Assembly (NCBI RefSeq): GCF_006345805.1
Contig: NW_021834806.1
Coordinates: 1-45,578, forward strand
Source: Octopus sinensis
Taxonomy: Eukaryota
DNA: 45,578 bases
Reading direction: 5' to 3'
The notes beneath the pieces are model-generated. The model ran no database searches. It was not told where the DNA came from and saw only the letters and a program-made list of their open reading frames with translations. The translations under genes were made by a program, and so were the position numbers. Positions 12,128-21,461 of this stretch are shown in pieces. The stretch's first letter is position 1. Each line of letters starts with the position of its first letter.

Positions 12128-12360
12128 TAAAAATGGGAAAGTCCGGTTTATGGGATTGCCTTAGGTTTCTCATCCTTAGAGGATTTAGCCTTATGGCGTA
12201 TCGTCAGATCACAAAACCTGTTGGCTCAAGACCTTTCAAAAATATGGAGGAGGAAATCTTGGACCAACAGGTTTTGGAATCTGACGATACGCCACAAAGC
12301 TAAACCCTTTAAGGACGAGAAAACTAAGGTAATCCTCTAGACCGGCCTTACCCACTTTTA
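12128..12360. mobile_element. Imperfect inverted repeat (arms of about 104 bp) of an HHR-like pLTR fragment
   Basis: taaaaatggg..atcgtcagatc..cctgttggctcaaga (12128-12231) versus tcttggaccaacagg..atctgacgat..cccactttta (12257-12360). The left end abuts (TA)n. Confidence 0.75.
12270..12343 (+). ncRNA. Hammerhead-like motif with branched or long stem II (second copy at 12145-12218 on the minus strand)
   Basis: GGTTTTGGAAT-CTGACGA(12281-87)-[31 nt with two small hairpins]-GAAA(12319-22)-ACTAAG-GTA-ATCC..GACC. The other arm reads GAAACCTAAGGCA-ATCCCATAAACC. Confidence 0.4.
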
Positions 12361-12422
12361 TATGCTCTATATCTTAGAGTGTTTCTTTTTTTCAGATTTG
12401 TTTTTGTACAGACGATATGTGT

Positions 12423-12463
<41 letters not shown>

Positions 12464-13014
12464 CATAAGCAAGCATTTACTAAGTCACACACACACACAC
12501 TTCAACACATACAAATTTTACATGAAGAATTGTATGATATGCATAAATGCCTTGAATTTATTTTTTAATCTAAAAACCAAACCAGAGCAAGTTTGTACTT
12601 TTCTGTTTTAATATTTCGAACTTAGCACCTCTTGTTCAGGAAATCTTCGCAGGAATGGTGTTGTGAGAGATGACTTCTCTGTTCTGTAGTGTGCATGTAT
12701 GACGGGTGTGTGTGTGTGTGTGTGTGCGTGCAGCACAGTTTCTATATTCCAAGTTTCAATCTCAAAGCATTGGGAAACTGAAGGGTACTGTAGAAAACAC
12801 TTGCTGAGTGTGAGGAGCATTGGGGTCGTACCAGAAATTATGTGGTTATGAAGCGAAATTCTTAGGCATGCAGCCATGTTTGCGCCTGTATGTAAATTAA
12901 TTACACAAATACGTTGGCCTCATTCATAACGATTTTGTACGCTAATTATAAAATGTTTCTCACTCATTAATTACAATTCGTGCAACACATACATACATAA
13001 ACCCACACACATAC

Positions 13015-13049
<35 letters not shown>

Positions 13050-13125
13050 TATATAATATATAATATATATATTATATATATATATAGTGCATCTGTGCAT
13101 TTGGCAAAAAAAATTACCAACACGA

Positions 13126-13169
13126 AATACAACAATCTGTGTTTCAATACGCGGTTCACATCAGGTATC
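13126..13169 (-). ncRNA. Degenerate hammerhead motif
   Basis: Minus strand GATAC-CTGATGT-GAACCGCGTATT-GAAAC-ACAGATT-GTT-GTATT, with stem I ATAC/GTAT. A9 is mutated and stem II is weak. The 3' end runs into (TA)n at about 13086. Confidence 0.3.
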
Positions 13170-13292
13170 TTGCAAGACAAATTCATAAACGTTATATAGA
13201 TATATATACATTCAGCTGAATATGGTACTTTATTTGAGGCACCAGAATTTAGTAGGGTATTATCCATGCAATTTCAAAGTAAGGTGATTAAA

Positions 13293-13377
13293 ATCAAAAT
13301 AAGCAACAAGGATGTCCAGAAATAAGGCAGTACGATCGTACTGCATTACCTCTGGATATCCTTGTGCTTATTTTGAT
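13293..13377. repeat. Spacer-less palindrome of about 85 bp centred on GCAGTACGA|TCGTACTGC
   Basis: atcaaaataagcaacaaggatgtccaga..gcagtacga / tcgtactgc..tctggatatccttgtgcttattttgat, followed by (TA)n. Confidence 0.85.
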
Positions 13378-13429
<52 letters not shown>

Positions 13430-13698
13430 GTATATCACTTGCTATCTCTTCATAAACCTTCCGGTCTATCTATTGATTTATCTATCAATCTTAGTCCCCA
13501 CTTCAACGATCTCACTTCATATTCCCATTTCCCATCTAGGCGTCCATCCTGGCTAGCTTCCTTTATAATTTCCTTTCTTTCTGCCACTATCATCAACGCC
13601 ACTCTATTCCACCTACTTCGAAATTCTTCTTTCTATCGTTCTATATCATTTTTATTCTCTTTCTGATCCATACCCCACTTGTCTTTCTCTCCCATTCT

Positions 13699-13729
<31 letters not shown>

Positions 13730-14116
13730 TCTCTCTCTCTCTCCCTCTCTCTCTGTCTTATTCACTCCCTCAACGAGTATCTATCTGCTTCTTTAATCTG
13801 TCTCCATTTCAGACTCCGTCAACACACGGAGCATGAAAAGTGCTGATGTCAGCAACTCAGTGCTGGTTAGAAAACATAACAAAACAGCAAAAGCACCAAG
13901 AACTAAGCAGAACAACGTATAAAAGAAACATGAAATAAGAGAGGATATGGAGGAGCTGGCGGCGGGGAGGGGATGTGTGAGGAAACCCTAGAATATGAAG
14001 TCATTTCTATTAACCTTTTACCTCTCCCATAATTTATGTGTGTACGTGTGGTTGCGTGTATATATAATATATATATCTATATAATATATATATATATATA
14101 TATTATACCACAGCAA

Positions 14117-14516
14117 TATAATAATAATAATAATAATAATAATATATAATATAATAATAATAATAATAATAATAATAAAATAATAATAATAATAAAATAA
14201 TAATAATAATAAAATAATAATAATAATAATAATAATAATAAGAAAGAATAAGAAGAAGAGAAGAAGAAGAAGAGAAGAAGAAGAGAGAGAAGAAGAAGAA
14301 GAAGAAGAAGAAGAACAACAACAAAACAAACAACAACAACATAGTGTTGTTGCTTCTGTTACCCATGTTGCTTAGGAAACCAAATTTGACTTGTTTGCGT
14401 TCTTCTTCTTCTTTTTCTTCTTCTTCTTCTTCTTATTATTATTATATTATTATTATTATTGCTGTTGTTATTACTACTACTACTACTACTACTACACTAC
14501 AACTACTACTACTATA

Positions 14517-14554
<38 letters not shown>

Positions 14555-14555
14555 A

Positions 14556-14598
<43 letters not shown>

Positions 14599-14620
14599 TT
14601 ATTGTTGTTGTTAATGTTGT
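14117..14620. repeat. Compound trinucleotide microsatellites (AAT)(GAA)(CAA)-unique core-(TTC)(TAT)(TAC)
   Basis: Seen directly. Confidence 0.9.
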
Positions 14621-14846
14621 TTTACTTAACATTCATTACTCGGAGAGTCCTGTTGTTTCTGCTTCTGTCAATTCGGTCCCCCGGAGGAAACCCCAGAACA
14701 CAAGCCTTTGCCTACACCACCACCCTCGTCTACTAAACCAAGTCGACCCAACCCATTTCTAGAACATTCCGGTACCATCTTAGCTATAAACATGCACACA
14801 AACACACACACACACACACAAACAAATAGATACACATATGTATATG

Positions 14847-14907
<61 letters not shown>

Positions 14908-15614
14908 CATGTATGTGCATATCTAGGGAAGGATAAATGCAGGGAGACAGTAAGCACACTCCCCCCTCTTTCTTTCTGTCTTTTTCTATTTCTTTCTTTT
15001 TTTCTCTGTCAGTCATTTTCTCTCCCTCTTTGCCTCACGCACACATACATTCAAACACATTCGCATGCTCAGGGACCACGTTTACACACACGCAATATTT
15101 ATAACTGATGTCAAGGGTACTATGAAAGAACATCTCTCACTTCACTGACAACCCCTCCTCTATCCTACCAGAACCACCGCTACTACTGTAACCCCTACCG
15201 TCTTTATCACCCCAATACCACCAGCTTCACCATTACCGCCCTCACAATCACCGACGCGGCCACTACTACCAGTGTGGCCTCAACACACACACACACTCAC
15301 ATATGCATACATACATACATACATACATACATACATACATACATACATACATACGTACATACATACATGAAATCTACGCCTCAGAAATATTATAGAAGGT
15401 ATTTTAATATAAAATGCCTGAATAGCCAAGCGCGGATCTTTTCACTCAGCTGGGTCGCGTTATCTGCATTCACTGTAAAAATATCAGGTGCTGGCACTTC
15501 TGTACCGCGTTTGATATTCATTTAATATTGTTTGGGTGTGCATATTATTACGACCTTACAATGTGCCGCAATTTAAGTACCTAATTCAACGGAATCTTAA
15601 TTGTATTTTACACA

Positions 15615-15657
<43 letters not shown>

Positions 15658-15661
15658 ACAC

Positions 15662-15702
<41 letters not shown>

Positions 15703-15941
15703 CGCCTGTGTATGCATGTATGTATGTATGTATGTATATATGTATGTGTGTGTAATATGCACGCACATACACTCTATAAACATAAAGCTATACATACATA
15801 CATACATACATACATGCATACACAGGCATATGTACGTACATGCATACGTACATACATACACACATGTATGCATACATACACACATACATACGTACATATA
15901 TATGACGAACTAACTGTTACTTTCTCAGATGCAGCACGGAC

Positions 15942-15991
15942 TTTGTCAGTGAACAGGTCGCGGATTTTAGCGACGAAAATATTTTGACAAA
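15942..15991 (+). ncRNA. Type I minimal hammerhead with G3:C8 swapped core
   Basis: Stem I TTTGTCA(15942-48)/TGACAAA(15985-91). Core GTGAACA(15949-55) plus G. Stem II GTCGC/GCGAC. GAAA(15975-78)-ATAT-T-T with palindromic stem III AAATATTT. The element continues about 140 nt into (TA)n at 16131. Confidence 0.6.
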
Positions 15992-16129
15992 TTAAACTTA
16001 AATGTTGAAGTGAATCGAACGGCTTTTGTGTGTTTCTTAAATGGCTTATAAACACCTTCCAAGCTGCAATTGTTTTCGTTTCAGCACACGATCTCAGATC
16101 AAATTACTTGCTATGCGAGTACATCTCCG

Positions 16130-16170
<41 letters not shown>

Positions 16171-16312
16171 CGCATGTATTAACAATTTTTCTGAATTTTC
16201 AGATTTTTCTATATGCTAGGCTACTGGTTTTAAATTGATATTTATTAAATTAATATTCAATTTATCACCCTCATTATTTAAATTATTATATATATATATA
16301 TATATATATATA

Positions 16313-18075
16313 CTCTATACCGTAAGGACCATAAACCCTATGTAAACCCTTTTACGGAGCCCCCAACCCGGCCAATTTGCGGTGCGAATATCTCCAGCAA
16401 TTATAGGCTATCCTACTTCCTCTCACACGTGTTACGAGCACTCATTGAAATGTCCCCAGATGTCTGGTTGAGCTCGGAGGATCTCCTCAGTAGAATCAGT
16501 AGTTGCAACCACCGCAACGACCTCACAGGTTGTGTAGTGAGGTAGGATGGATGTAGTTTCGCTCTACCCAGCTATAGACGTAGATTTTGCTGTGGAAAAA
16601 TGCATTGAGATTATTTGTGAGAGTGAAGTAGAGTTTCGTGAAGTCAACACGAGGAACCTGGGCCCATTCCTTAAACTAAGCTATGACTGTAACTACCTAG
16701 ACAATCATGATCTTAGTAGGTTCTGCCCTACCAGGTCACAGAGAGGAAAACCACCCACCATCACCTCGGCCGGGAAGAAAAGCACCGCAGAGCGCTGGAG
16801 TGGCTAGATCATAAGCACCCAGAACCCTGAGAACAACAGTCAGGTGAAAAGAATGACTGCACATGCTTATAGGGGATAGCAAAAGAAATACATAGTAAAG
16901 TTTAACAGGAAACTATACATGCCGGTTCAAGGTGCAGCCATTAGTGTCGCTGTGGCTGGAGATGTGGTCGGCCACTTCATGACCTGGTGGGACAGAAAAC
17001 TTAAACAGTCCTTAAATAATCTACAACTGTTTTGCTTTACTGTATGTATGAAGCTGACATTAATATCATAGTTAAGACAAACTCTAGTAACTGTAATATA
17101 GAAACCGAGTGGAGCATAATGGAGAGCATCCAGCACGTAGCTAACGCCATCCACGAAAGTATGAAGGTAGCTATAGATTACTCCACTTGGCACCACAACA
17201 ATAGATTCCCTGTCCTTGATACTGAACTTGTTGAGAGATTGTGAACAACAGTGTGCAGCTCCTCCACTCCTGTTACATGAAACCCATAGCTTCTAAACAT
17301 GTTGTTCAAAAGAATTCAGCTTTGTCACACGACGTGAAAATCAACATACTGATACCAGATTTAGTTAGCACAATGAACAACGTGTCCCCATTATGCAAAC
17401 CCTATGAAACAAAGAAACATGCAGCTCTTTGGATATGACCAGAAATATAGGGTTCGGGTATACAGGGGAGCTAGAAAGAACTTAGCATTATATGTAATGA
17501 AACCAGTGTTACCTGCCCTATATATATATAGAAGTAAAGACCAGAATAGGATACAAAGAGTTTGTGATAAAACAAACAAGGTGAACAAGACCGACAAATA
17601 TCAAGGAACGATGTTTGTAAAAGCCACAACCCATTGAGAACTAGCCCGAAGATTTGGGAAAGCTCTGGATCGTTGAAAAGCCAGGGAGCTCCATCAGATT
17701 ACAATTATGTAGGACGTACCTCTTTGAGAATACTACATGAACCAATGATAATTGCACGGTGTGTAAGATTAACCATGGCATTAATTGTAGAACTCGAAAT
17801 GTAGTCTGCAGCTTAAGGTGCTTAGAGTGTGCTTGCAAAGACAAGAACATGATATTAAAAGGTGAGACATCTAAAAGCATTGCGGAGAGACTAAATAGAC
17901 ATTTGAGACAATATGACGGCAAAAAACACTCCTCCATAGTCTACAAAGATGCCAAAGGCCAACATGGAGGCACACTGGGTCAACATTTTATCCAAGCACA
18001 CGAAATACCCAACACTCAGACAAATACAGCAATACGTCCTCATAAATGAAACATCCCTAATACTAAATAGGAAAT
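16313..18075 (+). pseudogene. Second decayed Penelope-like retroelement ORF (RT, Cys linker, GIY-YIG), from a different family than 6560-8125
   Basis: PPTRPICGAN, MDVVSLYPAID (RT A), KFNRKLY..QGAAISVAVAGDVVGHFMTWWDRKL (RT B), YCMYEADINI (YVDD-type), DYSTWHHNNRFPVLD, YMKPIASKHVVQKNSAL, CTVC..CRTRNVVCSLRCLEC..LKGETSKSIAERLNRH (GIY-YIG). Contains stops and frameshifts; 5'-truncated next to (TA)n. Confidence 0.85.
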
Positions 18076-18693
18076 ATACGTAGAAGGTAGTCATACCCCA
18101 ATACCAACAGTTTATATATACACAGGTAGAGTTGTTAGTAGGCTGTTATGTAGATGTGTGTGTGTGTGTGTGTGTGTGTAAAAATGGATATGTAAGTAAA
18201 CAGATAGATAAATAGATAGATAGATAGGTTCTTAGGGTGAATTTTAGAAAACCTGGCCTGATACGAAAAAGAAAATGAATAAAAATCCCCTCGGAGAATT
18301 CAAAAGCGTGCAAATAAGTTCCGTAGATATCAATATGTCAATATAGGGGTTATAAACTTGCAAATATCTTATAATGTTGTCATTACTACTTTGTCGAACG
18401 TTTTAGTAGAGATATAACGAGAGAGAGAGAGAGTAAAGAAGAAAGACAGGGGTGAAAGAGAGAGTCAGAGGACAGTGAAAGAGATGTGCGTTTCTTAGAG
18501 TGAGACAATAAGTTTCATATGGGAATTTGAATATGCAAATAGAGAAATCTTTAATTAGGAAATAGATATATCATTTAAGACGCCATTTCCACCAATGGCG
18601 ACAATTGGAGCAGAGGATTGTCACATTCATTTATATTTGTTATTTTAATAAATTCTACCCTTCTACTCTCTTTATATCCGCTCCCTCCCACCC

Positions 18694-18727
<34 letters not shown>

Positions 18728-19232
18728 TTCTCTCTCTTTCTTCTTTTCTTTATCGCCCCTTCTCTTTCGTTCACCCCCCCTCTCGCTCTTTCACCCGCCT
18801 TTATAATGAGTGTAATATTAAACTAATTTTAAAATAAAACAAACTGCTAAACCATTTAACTGCCAAGTGTTACAGCATCGTATTTCAGAATATTTAGCCA
18901 ACTGTTGCGCGCCAGAAAATATGTTAGTTTGCAATTTTTGCATTGCTACGAAATGTACCAGCCATTTAAACAGATTTTTGCTTATGTACGTCATGTTAAA
19001 AGACTGCATATAACTTCGCACACACAAACACACACGAAGGTGGCGGGTATGTCTGTACCAGCGTTTATCGCGTTTCAGTGCAGAATCCGTTGGTTATTTT
19101 ATTTGTTGCGGCCGTCATGATATCCGAGCCGACAACGTCGCGCCGTCTGACATTCTAGGTCTATCACAGTTAACCGAGTCCCAATGACTATATTTCTCGC
19201 GGCAAGGACACTGGTGACTACTATTACTGCGG

Positions 19233-19465
19233 AAGGCGGCGAGCTGGCAGAAACGTTAGCACGCCGGGCGAAATGTGTGGCCGCATTTCGTCTGCCGTTA
19301 CGTTCTCAGTTCAAATTCCGCCGAGGTCGACTTTGCCTTTCATCCTTTCGGGGTCGATAAATAAAGTACCAGTTTCGCACTGGGGTCGATGTAATCGACT
19401 TAATCCCTTTTTCTGTTCTTGTTTGTCCCTTTTGTGTTTAGCCCCTTGTGGGTAGTAAAGAAATA
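19233..19465 (+). mobile_element. SINE family B, full length
   Basis: aaggcggcgagctggcagaaacgttagcacgccgggcgaaatg..gttcaaattccgccgaggtcgactttgcctttcatcctttcggggtcgat..ccccttgtgggtagtaaagaaata. Highly similar to 26160-26395 and 32739-32974. Confidence 0.92.
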
Positions 19466-19480
19466 TATACATTTATTTGT

Positions 19481-19804
19481 GAAGGCGCGTGGCTTTGTGG
19501 TTAACTTATTCGGCTCATGATCGTAAGGTCATGAGTTCAATTCCCAGCGGCGCATTGTATCCTTTATTTCACGTTACTCCAGTTTACTCAGCTAGCAAAA
19601 ATGAATAGTACCAAAAATGAGTAGTTCCTGTATTTCAAAGGGCCAGCCTTGTCACATTCTGTGTTACGCTGGATCTCCTGATAGCTACGTAAAGAGTACA
19701 CCTGTCTGTGGAGTACTCAACCACTTGCACGTTAATTTCACGAGCACGCTATTCTGTTGATTGAATCAACTAGAACCATCGTCGTCGTAAGCGACGGAGT
19801 ACCA
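19481..19804 (+). mobile_element. tRNA-derived SINE with CORE-like middle (family C1)
   Basis: Head gaaggcgcgtggctttgtggtta..gagttcaattccc. The middle tttatttcacgttactccagtttactcagct..aaaaatga is shared with 43333-43550 and 23790-23965; the tail is different. Confidence 0.7.
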
Positions 19805-20047
19805 ATAGTAAATATTTATATAGATATATCTTCTTGGGACACAAGGTTATGTTTCTAGTACTCAGTGCAATGAAATAAGTTGTGTGATGCCTTCGTAAGT
19901 TAAAGCAAATGTAGGCAGAATTAATAGAAAAGGATCGCTTTTATACGAAGCCAGTAAAGTGTGGGAGCTAACACCGGGAAGTAATGAAAGGAGCCGCCCC
20001 CCTACTACAGCCACCACAAAAAAGACTAAGAATTCTTTCTCTCGGTA

Positions 20048-20322
20048 TTCTTCTTCTTTCTTGAGACAGCATTCACCCGGGGTGGGTTGAGCTGGCTTCA
20101 TTCATCCTCAATGCTGCATCTCTCACAAACGCCGACCAGACCTGGCGATTTGAGGCTAACTACTGCGTGATCTCCAACCACTCCTTATTCCAGCGGCGAA
20201 TGCCGTAGATATGGGGGCCTAGGTTGGGTTCCAGATCAGCCGTGACTGTCATCAGCCAGGTTTTTTGTTCGCCAATCCTGAAGGGGAGCTGAGGCAATTG
20301 CTTCGTAGATGAATTCTCTCGG
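20048..20322 (-). mobile_element. 3' end of an RTE-clade LINE (C-terminus of the RT ORF, short 3' UTR, (GAA)n tail)
   Basis: Minus strand translates PREFIYEAIASAPLQDWR/GEQKTWLMTVTADLEPNLGPHIYGIRRWNKEWLEITQ*LASNRQVWSAFVRDAALRMNEASSTHPG*. This fits the typical RTE C-terminus (G-Q-KTW..DL..W..LAxxRxxW). Confidence 0.7.
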
Positions 20323-20445
20323 TATTGAGTAACTATGATGAGGCTTCTTTTGTTGTTGGACTCTAATGAAGGTAGTACATCAGTTATTTTTAATGTATTG
20401 CAACGAGTACTAGAAACACAAGCTTGTATCTGAATATGTTGCGTA

Positions 20446-20498
<53 letters not shown>

Positions 20499-20604
20499 GT
20501 GATGGACTTTCCTATCGAAGACGACGTATCAGTGTTCAACATTTGCCGGAAGACCTGCACAAAATGATTTGTTTATAGCGATCAAAAGTATGTGCTGTAC
20601 ATTG

Positions 20605-20846
20605 GTCCACTCTCTCCATCAAATCGACGTTGCCTGAACAGGTGCACGATGTACCACGCGTCAGGTATTGAAGTGATAGCAGTGACGTGAGACGAAGAGT
20701 TTTGCTCCAAGTCAAATTTTGCCAAAAGGTTGGCGATACCTGCTCAGAGACCTACGCAGAATGTGTGTGTACATGTGTCTTTACATTATATCATATATTT
20801 AAACCCATCAGTGGACTACAGTAGTCAATACATCCTTCCTCTTTTC

Positions 20847-20918
<72 letters not shown>

Positions 20919-21093
20919 GTTTAGAGCATTGCACTCACGATCTTGAGATTGTGGTTTCAGTTCCTAAACCAGATGGTGCGTTGTGACTTGGAACAAAACA
21001 CTTCGTCTCACGTCTCTGCGATCACTTCGATACCTGTCGCGTGGTATATCGTGCACCTGTTCAGGCAACGTCGATTTGATGGAGAGAGTGGAC
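20605..21093. repeat. 110-bp inverted repeat (20605-20714 / 20984-21093) formed by SINE family D sequence
   Basis: About 7 mismatches by manual alignment. The right copy is preceded by a decayed tRNA/CORE-like head (about 20918-20990). Confidence 0.85.
20711..20761 (+). pseudogene. Very short mariner transposase N-terminal HTH fragment
   Basis: Translates VKFCQKVGDTCSETYAE, resembling the mariner N-terminal pattern IKFCxKLGxTxxETY. Confidence 0.45.
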
Positions 21094-21152
21094 TGCTACT
21101 CTAGGCCGATGAAGGACAACGATCCTGAAACACGGTGTCCCTAGATGCAGTT
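21091..21152 (+). ncRNA. Type I hammerhead ribozyme, extended stem I, U4C core variant
   Basis: GACTGC-TAC-TCTAGG-CCGATGA(21106-12)-AGGA-CAACGA-TCCT-GAAAC-ACGGT-GTC(21137-39)-CCTAGA-T-GCAGTT. All three stems pair; GUC cleavage triplet. Confidence 0.75.
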
Positions 21153-21372
21153 CCGGCGGCCGGGGGTGTTTGTCTCCCCTTCGTATATGTATATAAGGAC
21201 ACAGGGAAAAAAATGTGTCAAAGCTATCAGGAGGCGTTCGATGCTTCCTAGGGCTATACAGCGGTGGTGTACCCCCTACTGTCACTTTCTTGTTAGATTG
21301 ACAGTATACAACCATTCTATCGCCCCACCACCGTACATGTCTCTACGAGAGATTTAGAAATTCAATATTTCT

Positions 21373-21377
<5 letters not shown>
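21091..21377 (+). mobile_element. Short non-coding HHR-headed element (pLTR or retrozyme-like) ending in (TA)n
   Basis: HHR at the 5' end, about 225 nt of unique tail, then (TA)n from about 21377. Confidence 0.5.
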
Positions 21378-21416
<39 letters not shown>

Positions 21417-21425
21417 TATATATAT

Positions 21426-21455
<30 letters not shown>

Positions 21456-21461
<6 letters not shown>

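Noticed and set aside
13813-13865. Small exon after the (CT)n tract (MKSADVSNSVL)
   Set aside because: The acceptor is explained by the CT microsatellite, the donor GTTAGA is weak and there is no other support.
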